The notes under the pieces: model-generated
Databases searched by the model: none
Seen by the model: only the letters and a program-made list of their open reading frames with translations
Told to the model about the DNA's origin: nothing
From: Candidatus Borrarchaeum weybense
Lineage (GTDB): Archaea; Asgardarchaeota; Sifarchaeia; Borrarchaeales; Borrarchaeaceae
Direction of reading: 5' to 3'
Assembly: GCA_019057385.1 (NCBI GenBank)
Contig: JAHQJS010000007.1
Coordinates: 683,685 to 747,684, forward strand
DNA: 64,000 nt
Made by a program: the position numbers and the translations under genes
Shown here: positions 10,638 through 20,453 of the stretch, one piece after another
How the letters are laid out: every line of letters starts with the position of its first letter
Position numbering within the stretch: the stretch's first letter is position 1

Positions 10638-10889
10638 CACTCCGCCGCAAGAAGACCCCTCAACTTGTAATTGTGTGTTTTAATTGTTTCACTTTCACGA
10701 TACTCCCTAACCTTTAAGTACTGATTCGCATAGATCGTAAGTAGAATTGAGCTGAGGTAACACTCGCCAGTTCTCACCTTAACTTCACATCGCGTTCAGG
10801 ACAGGGACTGCCCGTAGAGCCTGTTTGACATGTCCCGTTGGGGAATGGATGATTCAGGAAGCCAGCCTACTTGTAGGGTGGTAGTTCAC
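10638..10889 (+). mobile_element. ORF-less IS200/IS605-derived element (TTAT-target family) carrying an omegaRNA-like scaffold
   Basis: TTTAT|cactccgccgcaagAAGAcccctcaacttg left end (3' hairpin arm missing); right-end hairpin GAAGccagcctac-tt-gtagggtgg then TAGTTCAC. Confidence 0.8.
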
Positions 10890-10909
10890 TCAGTTAGCCC
10901 TTTGGCAAA
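10743..10909 (+). ncRNA. Putative TnpB omegaRNA (reRNA) plus ~20 nt flank-derived guide
   Basis: TATA-like TTTAAGTA at 10713; 5' hairpin AGAATTG..CAGTTCT; GGACAG-GGA-CTGCC stem; GCCTG..CAGG-AAG pairing; right-end hairpin. Confidence 0.55.
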
Positions 10910-11610
10910 TAGGGCATCAGTAACGTGGCCAGCAGACGCATTTCACGGTTCTGTGTATATATAATTCCAGGACCTGTAAATCGCATAACTATGCCTTCGC
11001 CTCCAAGTAAGAAACTTTTCTTGCCTCCAACTTTTGATGTACGATATTGCATGTTTGCCGGGAACGCCATCATCACTCCAGTGTCAATGACAAATTCTTC
11101 GCCTGGGCCAATCTCGTGTCGTTCAATGTAACCATATCCACCGAGCCAGACATCACCTTCGGCTTCAGCAAAAACTTTTGTTAAAAATAACCCTTCACCA
11201 CCTAACAGGCTTGCAATTTTGCCCACTTGAGTGGTGACTTGAACCGAGGGAGTGCTTGCAATATATGCATCTTTACTTAAAGTCCATTCTTCTCCTTGAT
11301 TAAGATGTATGTGAATAATGTCTCCTGGTGCTCCATGAGCAAAAGCTATCATGCCAGACTTAGTTGAACCTTCTTCAAGTTCGAAGAAGTTCAGAAACAT
11401 TGATTCTCCAGAAAATTTTCTTTTCAAACCTCGTAAGATGCCTCCTGCTGATTTCGTTTTCATATCGACATGCCCATCCATATAAACCATTGCTCCGCCC
11501 TCTGCTACTACTTGTTGTCCTGGTTGGTCTAGATAAATGCGAACTACCGAAAATGCGGGACGTCCAGTAATTTCATATCTTAAAAACGATTTTTCCTTTT
11601 CTTCAGACAT
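10894..11610 (-). CDS. AIM24 / TIGR00266 family protein
   Basis: AEGGAMVY, GESMFLN, PGDI, GGEGLF, IDTG and GGEG..FTGPG motifs. Confidence 0.9.
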   Translation of the reverse strand: MSEEKEKSFLRYEITGRPAFSVVRIYLDQPGQQVVAEGGAMVYMDGHVDMKTKSAGGILRGLKRKFSGESMFLNFFELEEGSTKSGMIAFAHGAPGDIIHIHLNQGEEWTLSKDAYIASTPSVQVTTQVGKIASLLGGEGLFLTKVFAEAEGDVWLGGYGYIERHEIGPGEEFVIDTGVMMAFPANMQYRTSKVGGKKSFLLGGEGIVMRFTGPGIIYTQNREMRLLATLLMPYLPKG

Positions 11611-11738
11611 TTTTCTTTCACCCTTTCAATTTTTTAAACGCTTTTAATTCAATTTATACCATAGTCATTTTCATCCTTTTATAGCTTGGTTTAACAGGCA
11701 GAAATCTTATTATACATTTCTTTATTAAGTTTTGAAAG

Positions 11739-12740
11739 GTGTTTGAAGTGTCTGAAATAATCATTTTATCTCAAGATGATGTAAGATCATGTCTTCCGAT
11801 GAGTGACGCTATTAAAGCGGTTACTGATGCTTACAAGGCTTTCGCACTAGGACAAGTTGAAATGCCTCAGGTTCAACACTTGGATGTGGCAAAATACAGA
11901 GGCGAAGTTGATATTAAATCGGGAGCTGCAGAGAACTTTGGACTAATTGGAACCAAGATTGCATCTGGTTATTATGATAATCCAAAACTAGGTCTACCAC
12001 CAGGATTTGCAGTCATCATCTTACTAGATCTAAAGACAAGCATGCCTCTCGCGATCATGGATGGATCATATGTTACTGCGGTCAGAACTGGTGCTGCGGG
12101 TGCTGTAGCTGCCAGTGTTCTTGCAAGAAAAGATGCTAAACGAGTGGGTGTTATTGGCTCAGGAACACAAGGGCGAATGCAGGTTTTGGCTCTAAATGAA
12201 ATTTTTCCTTTGGAGCAAGTAAAGGTATTCAATATTAACAAGGTTAACAGTGAGAAATATGCAGTTGAGATGAGTGAGCGACTTGGCATCGATGTTCAGG
12301 CTGTTGATACTGCTCAAAATGCTGTGAGTAATGTAGATATCGTTATTACGGCAGTTCCATCCAAAAAAGCTATGGTAATGGATGAATGGATTGAAGATGG
12401 CATGCATATAAATGCATTTGGAGCAGATGGTCCTGGCAAACAAGAACTAGATCCTAATATTATGAAACGAGCACAAGCAAAGATCGTGGTTGACAGCCTT
12501 AAGCAGTGTCGCGTGATCGGTGAAACCCAACATGCTCTTAAACAAGGCTTGATCCAAGAAAGTGATATCTACGCTGAGATTGGAGAGATTTTACTTGGAA
12601 ACAAAAAAGGAAGAGAGACCGAGGAAGAAATAACGGTTTTTGACAGTACAGGGTTAGCCGTTCAAGATATTGCGGCTGCGAATGTCGTGTATCAACTCGC
12701 AAAACAGAAGGATATGGGGAAACGCGTTAAGTTACTTTGA
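11739..12740 (+). CDS. Ornithine cyclodeaminase/mu-crystallin family protein (archaeal alanine dehydrogenase-like)
   Basis: TAVRTGAAGA, GSGTQG, HINAFGAD.PGKQE and FDSTGLAVQD. Confidence 0.9.
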   Translation: MFEVSEIIILSQDDVRSCLPMSDAIKAVTDAYKAFALGQVEMPQVQHLDVAKYRGEVDIKSGAAENFGLIGTKIASGYYDNPKLGLPPGFAVIILLDLKTSMPLAIMDGSYVTAVRTGAAGAVAASVLARKDAKRVGVIGSGTQGRMQVLALNEIFPLEQVKVFNINKVNSEKYAVEMSERLGIDVQAVDTAQNAVSNVDIVITAVPSKKAMVMDEWIEDGMHINAFGADGPGKQELDPNIMKRAQAKIVVDSLKQCRVIGETQHALKQGLIQESDIYAEIGEILLGNKKGRETEEEITVFDSTGLAVQDIAAANVVYQLAKQKDMGKRVKLL

Positions 12741-12779
12741 TTGAAAATATTTGATCTTATAAAGGAGTCCACGAATCGC

Positions 12780-13730
12780 ATGGTAACACTCCAAGATATT
12801 AAAGCAGCGAGGGAAGTCATAAGAACAGGTGTTAAAAAAACCCCTCTAATTCATTCAAAATTTTTAAGCAGTTATTGCGGTGGGACAGTTTACCTTAAGC
12901 TCGAAAACCAACAAATTACAAACTCCTTTAAAATCAGGGGGGCACTAAACCGAATGTCAAAGTTAAACCCTCCTGAAAAAAGACGAGGAGTCGTTACGGC
13001 ATCATCGGGTAATCATGCTCAGGCCGTTGCCCGAGTAGCTGAGCTGATGAATATTTCTGCAAGGATTTTTGTTCCAAAGAATACATCTAAGTCAAAGCTG
13101 GATAAAATTAAGAAATATAATGCCGAAATAGTACTTCACGGCGATTATGACGAAGTCGAGACAAAAGCAAGAGAAGTAGCGATAAAGGAAGGGTTAACAT
13201 ATATTAGTCCATATAACGATGAAAGTATCATCGCTGGCCAAGGAACAGTAGGTTTAGAGATTCTTGAAGATCTACCTAACGTTGATATCATCATTGTAGC
13301 AGTTGGGGGTGGAGGTTTAATTTCGGGTATAGCAATTGCAGCAAAAAGTATTAATCCAAACATCAAAGTTATCGGTGTGCAATCAGAAGCAGCAGCAACT
13401 GTTCACGAATCTTTGAAAGCGGGAAAAATCATTTGGATAAAAGAGGAAGAATCGATTGCAGAGGGATTACTGGGAGGCATTGAACAGGGTGCCATTACCT
13501 TTGAATTGATTAAAAAATATATAGATAATCTTGTGGTCGTTAAAGAAGAGACAATAAAAAATGCCATAAAAATACTATGGGAGAAGGACAAGCAAGTTAC
13601 AGAGGGCGCTGGTGCAATTGCTATTGCGCCCATATTGGAAAATAAAGATGAATTCAAAGAAAAAACTGTTGTTTCAGTAATAAGTGGAGGCAACATTGAA
13701 GAAAATCTCTTTAAGACAATCATAAACTGA
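12780..13730 (+). CDS. Threonine ammonia-lyase (PLP fold II, no ACT domain)
   Basis: KLEN.Q.T.SFKIRGA, SSGNHAQ, VGGGGLISG and SGGN; AAGGAG RBS before ATG 12780. Confidence 0.9.
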   Translation: MVTLQDIKAAREVIRTGVKKTPLIHSKFLSSYCGGTVYLKLENQQITNSFKIRGALNRMSKLNPPEKRRGVVTASSGNHAQAVARVAELMNISARIFVPKNTSKSKLDKIKKYNAEIVLHGDYDEVETKAREVAIKEGLTYISPYNDESIIAGQGTVGLEILEDLPNVDIIIVAVGGGGLISGIAIAAKSINPNIKVIGVQSEAAATVHESLKAGKIIWIKEEESIAEGLLGGIEQGAITFELIKKYIDNLVVVKEETIKNAIKILWEKDKQVTEGAGAIAIAPILENKDEFKEKTVVSVISGGNIEENLFKTIIN

Positions 13731-13740
13731 AGCTGATTCA

Positions 13741-14751
13741 ATGAATTTGCTCGCTTTTGTATTTCTATTTATTGGGGCATATGTTGTAGTTTATTTCGGA
13801 GCTGACGTTTTTATTGACGGATTAAAGGATTTTAGTGAAAAACATCATTTGTCCCCTTTAATCATCGGATTACTGATTCTAGGCGTAGATCCAGAAGAAT
13901 CTGTTGCCTCAATTTTTGCCTCCATAGAAGGTCTTCAACACGTGGCAATTGGGAATGTCATTGGAAATACTATCATTGCAATCACAATAGCATTTGGACT
14001 TCCTGCGTTATTTTTCTCTCTAGATTTCGAAAGGATCCCGAGATTTTACCCTCTTTTGCTATGTCTTCTTACAACAACTGTGATTCTAGGAGTTTATTTG
14101 CCAAAAGGTTTGCTAATTTTTGGTTCGGTCAATTTAGCATTGTTTGGGTGGTACCTACTGCGTAATATTCGCGCATACAAAGTGCGTCATATTACTGAAA
14201 TAATCATTTCTGATGATGATGATGGTGATGAAAATAATAACCAAAGTGATGAAGATGAAGCACATCAAGAGACAAAAGAACTAAAAGAAGATTCTGATGC
14301 TATTATCATCGGAAAATCGCTATTAGGATTCATTCTCATCATTATCGGTGGCTTCTTTCTCATATTTGCTACTGAGAACATTATTATCATTACCGGTTTG
14401 ACTGAATCGTTGTTTGGGTTTTTAATAATAGCTTGGACAACAAACGCAGAAGAATTATTTTTAATCGTTTCAGCTATCAGAAAACACAACCAGGAACTGG
14501 GTATTGGAGCAGAAATCGGAAAAGTTGTATGGAATTTAGGCGTCACTTTTGGAATAAGCGGAATTATTCTTCAGGATTTAACACCTACGCCAATTTATCC
14601 AATTAACCTAGCAATTCTAGTGATAGTAATTTTAATGTTCACAGGAATCTCGATTAAAAATAAATTATCAAGAAGGATGGGGATATTGTTTCTTTTAATT
14701 CTCGTTGTTTTTGTGATTGTCAACAGTGTTTTTGGACTCCCAATAAATTAA
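13741..14751 (+). CDS. Na+/Ca2+ antiporter (CaCA family)
   Basis: Two alpha-repeat-like segments (GVDPEE..GNVIGN; TTNAEE..GAEIG) and an acidic central loop. Confidence 0.8.
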   Translation: MNLLAFVFLFIGAYVVVYFGADVFIDGLKDFSEKHHLSPLIIGLLILGVDPEESVASIFASIEGLQHVAIGNVIGNTIIAITIAFGLPALFFSLDFERIPRFYPLLLCLLTTTVILGVYLPKGLLIFGSVNLALFGWYLLRNIRAYKVRHITEIIISDDDDGDENNNQSDEDEAHQETKELKEDSDAIIIGKSLLGFILIIIGGFFLIFATENIIIITGLTESLFGFLIIAWTTNAEELFLIVSAIRKHNQELGIGAEIGKVVWNLGVTFGISGIILQDLTPTPIYPINLAILVIVILMFTGISIKNKLSRRMGILFLLILVVFVIVNSVFGLPIN

Positions 14752-14837
14752 ATCTATCCAAGGTGCGCTAAACTTCCAGCTGCTAAAATGTTTGAAAATT
14801 AACTGTTAGTTTCAATTTTTCTGCTTAACTACTTTAT

Positions 14838-14882
14838 CATTTCACCGCAAGAAGACCCCTCAACTTGATGGGGGGATGAAAG
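14838..14882 (+). mobile_element. Solo IS200/IS605 left end (TTAT family)
   Basis: TTTAT|catttcaccgcaagAAGAcccctcaacttgatggggggatgaa, near-identical to the left end at 10638. Confidence 0.7.
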
Positions 14883-14896
14883 TGAACACAAATTAC

Positions 14897-14936
14897 CGCC
14901 ATTCATCACCCCGCTGAAGCGGTGGTGCTTTCTTGT
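14897..14936 (-). mobile_element. Solo IS200/IS605 left end (TTAC family), opposite orientation to the previous end
   Basis: Reverse strand caagAAAGcaccaccgc-ttca-gcggggtgatgaat matches the copies at 21060 and 63383. Confidence 0.65.
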
Positions 14937-14966
14937 TCAATCCTTTGGTAAATAGGGCATAAGTAA
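14937..14966 (-). pseudogene. 30-bp remnant of an AIM24 gene 3' end
   Basis: Encodes LLMPYLPKD* versus LLMPYLPKG* at 10894-10923; 25/30 nt identical. Confidence 0.55.
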
Positions 14967-15017
14967 ATAAACAAATAGTTCCAAAAATTCAAAAATCATC
15001 TTTATGGAAGCACGAAA

Positions 15018-15926
15018 ATGTGGACTGATCCCAACTATAGACGTTCTCTTCTCATAACAGCAGCGGCGCCTCTATGTTGGAGCATAGGTGGTCTTGGCAT
15101 AAGGATTGTAACCACCAATATATGGGAAACTGTTTTTTGGCGTGCTTTTTTCATGGGATTAACGGTACTAGTATTTTTAATCTTAAGAGACCAAAGGAGT
15201 TTTTTTAAATCCTTTAAAAGAAGCGGAATCCCAGGTGTGGCGACTGGAGTTTTTCTTGCAATGTCCATGATATTTTATGTGAATTCTCTTGCATATACCA
15301 CAGTGGCAAACGCACTTGTACTACAAGGGACTGCACCATTATTTGCCGCGCTATTTGGTTGGTTCTTACTTCGTGAACGGGTTGGAGTCAGAACAGGTCT
15401 AGCAGTTGTTATTGTGATGATAAGCATGTTTGCTATGGTATCTGACTCCCTGGTAACAGGAACATTGCTAGGAGATGTCTTCGCGTTGGGAAACGCTGTA
15501 TCGCTTGCAAGTTATATTATAGTTGTTAGAAGAACTCGCGAAATCAATTTAATTCCGGCAATATGTCTTGCTGGGTTTATTTCAGCGATTGTAGCTTTGC
15601 CATTGATGACAACCTATATGATCTCAGCACATGATCTCAGCATTTTGGTCACTCTTGGTGCAATTCAAGTAGGACTTGGTTCATGCTTGTTTGTAATAGG
15701 ATCTCGTAATTTGCAACCTGCCCAATCAGGACTTTTAACACTACTTGAAACCATTCTCGGTTCTCTTTGGGTATGGATTTTTATCGGTGAACAACCTACG
15801 ACAATCGCATTAATCAGTGGTGTAATAATAGTAATCACACTTGCTTTACATACGATTTTTGATTCTCGACTTTCTGAGAGTTCTCTCACTACAAGAAACA
15901 AGAAATCTCATCAGGATAATTACTAG
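15018..15926 (+). CDS. DMT/EamA family transporter
   Basis: About 10 TM helices; TAPLFAALFGWFLLRE and LE....W..IGEQP repeats. Confidence 0.9.
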   Translation: MWTDPNYRRSLLITAAAPLCWSIGGLGIRIVTTNIWETVFWRAFFMGLTVLVFLILRDQRSFFKSFKRSGIPGVATGVFLAMSMIFYVNSLAYTTVANALVLQGTAPLFAALFGWFLLRERVGVRTGLAVVIVMISMFAMVSDSLVTGTLLGDVFALGNAVSLASYIIVVRRTREINLIPAICLAGFISAIVALPLMTTYMISAHDLSILVTLGAIQVGLGSCLFVIGSRNLQPAQSGLLTLLETILGSLWVWIFIGEQPTTIALISGVIIVITLALHTIFDSRLSESSLTTRNKKSHQDNY

Positions 15927-16351
15927 TTTATATGTTCATGTTAATATGGCCCTATAAAATACTTGATAACAAACAAGCTAATGTATATTTCTTTTATTGT
16001 CTTAGAAGAGCCAGATCAAGAATTTAAACTCTATACGAATTGGTAAGAATAGATTTTTCACTGAAAAAACTTATACGAGCAAATAATTCTTGGTTTTAAT
16101 CAATTAGATTACTTATTTTTTTGTGATGATAAATCATGTAGAATATCTGTAATAGTAAAATTTATATATAAGTTTAACTTAACCTTTCTGTTTGCAAAGG
16201 TAAACCATAAGATGAGATGCGAGTTTCAGGTTTTCTGAATACCGTTAAAATAATACTCATTAAACTTCGTTTTTGAAAGTATTATCTTAAATCGATACCG
16301 TACACCGTAAACCACCCGTGTCTTTGAGAAATTCAAGGAGAAACACTTTAA

Positions 16352-17317
16352 ATGAATGAATCCATTGATCTAAAGAAAACTCTTTATAAAGATATAGATA
16401 AAGCTTTTTGTCGAGAGGCTTTTTGTGCAGATTGTGGATCTGCGAATGTTGTCTGTGACGATACTCGTGGTGAGATTATTTGCAATGACTGTGGGTTAGT
16501 TATTGAAGAACATATGATGGATCTGGGGCCTGAATGGCGCAGTTACACGGCAGAAGAACGAAAGAAACGAAGTCGTGTAGGAAGCCCCATTAATTATTCA
16601 ATCCATGATAAAGGCTTATCAACTATGATTGGCCGTGAAAATAAAGACATTTATGGAAAAAAACTTGCACCCAGCCGACGTGCTGAAATTTACAGAATGC
16701 GAAAGTGGCAACGACGTACTCGGACGCATAGTTCTCGCGAGCGAAACCTTATTCAAGCGTTAAGTGAGTTAGACCGCTTAGCGAGTCAAATGGGTATTCC
16801 CCGATCAATTAAAGAAGAAGCTGCGATTATCTATCGAAAAGCATTAGAAAAACGCATGAGCCGTGGTACTACCATTGAAGTTATGGTTGCCGCTACCTTG
16901 TATGCGGCCTGTCGTATCAGAAAAATTCCTAGAACCTTAGATGAAACTGCAGAACACTCACGTACTAATAAAAAACAACTAGGACAGTGTTTCAGACAGC
17001 TTGTAAGGCTGGTTGATGTAGCAATCCCCATTAGTACACCAATTGATTTCATATCCCGGTTTTCTAACGAACTTTCACTTACTGGAAAAGCATCAGGACG
17101 CGCTATAAAGATCCTTGAAACAGCTAAAAAAGCAGGGATCACTGCTGGAAAGGATCCAACCGGATTGGCCGCAGCAGCTCTCTATATCTCTGGAATATTA
17201 GAAGATGAACGACGAACACAACGTGAAATCGCACGTGTTGCACGAGTCACAGAAGTTACAGTCAGAAACCGCTACAAAGAGTTAGTTAAAAACTTGCAGA
17301 TTGCAGTAGCAGTTTAA
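16352..17317 (+). CDS. tfb: Transcription initiation factor IIB
   Basis: Zn ribbon CADC..CNDC, GPEWR, HDKGLST, two cyclin repeats, VTEVTVRNRYKEL. Confidence 0.97.
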   Translation: MNESIDLKKTLYKDIDKAFCREAFCADCGSANVVCDDTRGEIICNDCGLVIEEHMMDLGPEWRSYTAEERKKRSRVGSPINYSIHDKGLSTMIGRENKDIYGKKLAPSRRAEIYRMRKWQRRTRTHSSRERNLIQALSELDRLASQMGIPRSIKEEAAIIYRKALEKRMSRGTTIEVMVAATLYAACRIRKIPRTLDETAEHSRTNKKQLGQCFRQLVRLVDVAIPISTPIDFISRFSNELSLTGKASGRAIKILETAKKAGITAGKDPTGLAAAALYISGILEDERRTQREIARVARVTEVTVRNRYKELVKNLQIAVAV

Positions 17318-17333
17318 ATGCCCCAAAAAAGCT

Positions 17334-17357
17334 TCTCTTTTTTTTATTTTTTATTTG
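17334..17357 (+). terminator. Oligo-T archaeal terminator after tfb
   Basis: Long T-rich tract about 20 nt after the stop codon. Confidence 0.5.
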
Positions 17358-17445
17358 ATGATAATAAAAGATTTATAAACACGGTTTTTTACAGAGTTTC
17401 TGTCAGGCTCTTGACTTTCTTGAACTACATATCTTGTTACTATAA

Positions 17446-18144
17446 ATGAAGGTCCCGAAAATGCACGGCGAAGTCGAAACTTCTATGATAACACGTTATT
17501 TCATGCTGATAGTCCACGTTTTTATTATAAATTTTGTTACTTGGGTTTATTTTGGCGGTGGAATAGAGTTAATCGGTAATTTGTTCGGTATCACTTGGCA
17601 ATCAGGTGATGTGACCCGTAGAATTATCCTTCTAATTTTTAGCATTGTTTTTTTCCTCAGACTTAATCTAACATCATTTTATTTGCTTCGGCGCAAAGTA
17701 GATTGGAAAGAAACAGGTGCAATCATTGGCGCAATTGTTTTCTATCAACTCGGATTCGCGTTAAGCGGTGGTGCCCAATCTGCACCCATCGATGTCGTAG
17801 ATTATATTGCTATCATTATTTTCTTTATAGGAAGTTTCCTCAATACAGGATCCGAGTTTCAGCGAAAACGATTCAAAGACCGACCAGAAAATAATGGACA
17901 ACTCTACACTGGCGGTCTATTTGGTTTCGCAAGACATATTAACTATTTTGGTGATACTGTCTGGTTAATTGGCTGGGCGATAATGACTCGCAACTGGTGG
18001 TCCGCCATCATGCCGATATTCTGCACATTAAACTTCGTGTTATTTTTAATTCCAATGCTCTCCAAGTATTTAGAAGAACGTTACAAAGAACAATATCGTA
18101 AATGGGCCAGCAAAACCAAGAAGTTTATCCCGTTTGTATATTGA
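17446..18144 (+). CDS. DUF1295 / steroid 5-alpha-reductase-like membrane protein
   Basis: SEFQRKRFK..P.N.G.LYTGGLF..ARHINYFGD and KFIPFVY end. Confidence 0.85.
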   Translation: MKVPKMHGEVETSMITRYFMLIVHVFIINFVTWVYFGGGIELIGNLFGITWQSGDVTRRIILLIFSIVFFLRLNLTSFYLLRRKVDWKETGAIIGAIVFYQLGFALSGGAQSAPIDVVDYIAIIIFFIGSFLNTGSEFQRKRFKDRPENNGQLYTGGLFGFARHINYFGDTVWLIGWAIMTRNWWSAIMPIFCTLNFVLFLIPMLSKYLEERYKEQYRKWASKTKKFIPFVY

Positions 18145-18204
18145 TTTTTCCTTAAAAACTATGAACGTTTCTTTACTTATTAGGCTTTAATTCAGATTAA
18201 GTAT

Positions 18205-19200
18205 TTAGCGCATAATTGGCGGAGGGGAATTCTTAATGACTTCTACTATCATACGTAAGTTTTCTTCAGGTGTATCAATAGGGATGACACAACCAGGTGC
18301 AAGTAACAAGTGTGGATTGGAAATCTGCATAACTTCTTGCAGTTGCTTAGCTATAGCGAGCGATGTTCCTTTTCTAATTGTTTCAGTTTCGTCAATTCCA
18401 CCAAAGAGGCCTTTATTGAAGATTTTAAGGGCTTCTCTTATTGTTGGAGATGTATGTTGACTATGCCAGTTAATGGCGTCTATGGGATAATTATCAGCGA
18501 TATAATTGAACAAAGGCTTATTTCCATGAACATGAAACACTATAAAGTCAGCATGGGACCTGAGATCATTCAATAATTTAAGTGTATACTTAGCCTCAAA
18601 ATCCAAGAACTGTTGGTTCTTAAGTTTTCCTTCTACACTATGTAGAGAAGCAATAAAGAGGCCATTTGTACCTGCATCTAGGACTGCATGTCCGAATTCG
18701 GTCATAACCCTTGTTATTACTTTAAGGCCTTCTTCAATCTGGGAAGGAGCTTCATAAACATGATTCACGATATTAGGAGCTAGCTGACTTGCTACCATAA
18801 AGGGGCTGAAAACCGTCATCATTAACGGAACATTTCCACTTAGTATTTTCGATACCATCCGAACACCATCTAATTGCCTGCCAAATTCACCATCCGTCGG
18901 ATCCACTTCTTCGATGATCTCAAAGTCCGAAGCATTCTTGATTGGAGAGTTTAACACTGACGGTGAACCATAGATTGGATGAATCGGTCCTACTTCGCAG
19001 CCCCAGTCAACTATGCAATAACTTCCATGTGGAGTAAGTTTCAATACGTCAGAATCATACGTCTTTTGAAACCTCACATGTGCATCTGCAAAGCCCTGTG
19101 GCGTCCTATCATCGCTAGGAAAATGTTTCCATAACGCATACGCCCAACGATCTAAAGAACCGCCTGAGAAAGTTGTCATTAACCTATCCAATTTATCCAT
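18205..19200 (-). CDS. Uroporphyrinogen decarboxylase / cobalamin-independent methyltransferase-like TIM barrel protein
   Basis: TVFSPF, HVHG, INWH, GGID and LAPGCVIP motifs. Confidence 0.85.
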   Translation of the reverse strand: MDKLDRLMTTFSGGSLDRWAYALWKHFPSDDRTPQGFADAHVRFQKTYDSDVLKLTPHGSYCIVDWGCEVGPIHPIYGSPSVLNSPIKNASDFEIIEEVDPTDGEFGRQLDGVRMVSKILSGNVPLMMTVFSPFMVASQLAPNIVNHVYEAPSQIEEGLKVITRVMTEFGHAVLDAGTNGLFIASLHSVEGKLKNQQFLDFEAKYTLKLLNDLRSHADFIVFHVHGNKPLFNYIADNYPIDAINWHSQHTSPTIREALKIFNKGLFGGIDETETIRKGTSLAIAKQLQEVMQISNPHLLLAPGCVIPIDTPEENLRMIVEVIKNSPPPIMR

Positions 19201-19294
19201 ATCATCACTTTTCTACTGTCTTAATCCAATTCTCACGTTGTCTTCAATAAATATATATTAGTGCTAATATCATATATTAAGCTGGAGGACTTCT

Positions 19295-19807
19295 ATGCCT
19301 ACTAACGCTAAGCAACGAACTCTAAAGGACATAAGTGTACGTTATAATCTTCAACCGGGAGATATGGGTAACGTTGTTTATCTTCACGCTATAATTTATG
19401 CTGAGGAATACGGATTTGATCATACATTTGAAGGATACGTTGCATCAGGTCTTGCTGAATTCGCTCAATCATTCAATTCGAACAAAGATCGACTTTGGGT
19501 TGCAGAAATTAAAGGAAAAATTATTGGTTCAATCGCTGTTTTTGGACGTTCTGAATCAGAAGCACAACTTAGATGGTTTCTTGTCATTCCGAATTTCCGT
19601 GGTCTTGGGCTTGGGAAATTGCTTTTTGAGGAATCTATTTTGTTCTGCAAAAAGTGTGGATTCAAGAATGTTTTTCTGTGGACATTCAGGGGCTTAGACG
19701 CAGCAAATTATTTGTATAAATCTGCTGGTTTCGAAAAAACAGAAGAGATAACCCACGAAATTTGGGGCCAAACACTTACGGAAGAGCGATATGAATTAAG
19801 ATTGTAA
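19295..19807 (+). CDS. GNAT N-acetyltransferase
   Basis: AQLRWFLV.P.FRGLGLG and LYKSAGF. Confidence 0.9.
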   Translation: MPTNAKQRTLKDISVRYNLQPGDMGNVVYLHAIIYAEEYGFDHTFEGYVASGLAEFAQSFNSNKDRLWVAEIKGKIIGSIAVFGRSESEAQLRWFLVIPNFRGLGLGKLLFEESILFCKKCGFKNVFLWTFRGLDAANYLYKSAGFEKTEEITHEIWGQTLTEERYELRL

Positions 19808-19815
19808 TTCAACTT

Positions 19816-20382
19816 CTACAATATAGTCTTTAATTTTTTCCAATCTTCCTCGATAGCGCTTCTTAAGCCTGGATTTCTTAATGCTGCTGCGGGATGATAC
19901 ATGGGAATTAGTTTGGCTTTCAAGAACAAGGTTGATAACGAAAAGGGCTTTGTATGTATGTCTCTCATAAGGGCTTTCGGGAGTTTGAATTTCTCAAAAA
20001 TAAATTTGACCGCAACATTACCGAGCAAAATTATTGTTTTTGGTTTGATTAACTCAATTTGTTTTTCCAAATAAGGTGTACATGCTGCTATTTGATCTTT
20101 GGTAACTTTGTTCTCAGGTAAGTAGGATTTTATGATGTTTGCAATGTAGACCTCTTCTCGTTTTAATCCTGCATAACTAAGTAGTTTGTTAAGTAGTTTT
20201 CCTGCAGCACCCACGAAGGGACGTCCTTGTTGATCTTCATTATACCCAGGTCCTAGTCCTATTAACATGATTTTTGCATCTTCAGGTCCTTCCCCAAACA
20301 CCGCGTTTTTTCTTCCTTTCCATAATTCACATTTTTTACAGTTTTCTACTTGCTCTTGTAATTCTAATAATTCATTTTTCAT
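19816..20382 (-). CDS. Family 4 uracil-DNA glycosylase-like protein (variant motifs)
   Basis: CxxC, VFGEG, GRPFVG.AG and YHPAA present. Motif A reads GLGPG and KCRPP reads KSYLP. Confidence 0.85.
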   Translation of the reverse strand: MKNELLELQEQVENCKKCELWKGRKNAVFGEGPEDAKIMLIGLGPGYNEDQQGRPFVGAAGKLLNKLLSYAGLKREEVYIANIIKSYLPENKVTKDQIAACTPYLEKQIELIKPKTIILLGNVAVKFIFEKFKLPKALMRDIHTKPFSLSTLFLKAKLIPMYHPAAALRNPGLRSAIEEDWKKLKTIL

Positions 20383-20453
20383 TTAGATCGCCACAATCTC
20401 CTAAACAAATACATTAGCGAATGTAAAGAATTTTTCTATGATTAAAAATCCAT

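Noticed and set aside
14937-14960. Target of the guide from the 10638 element
   Set aside because: Similarity excludes the TAM-proximal seed, and no TTTAT lies immediately upstream.
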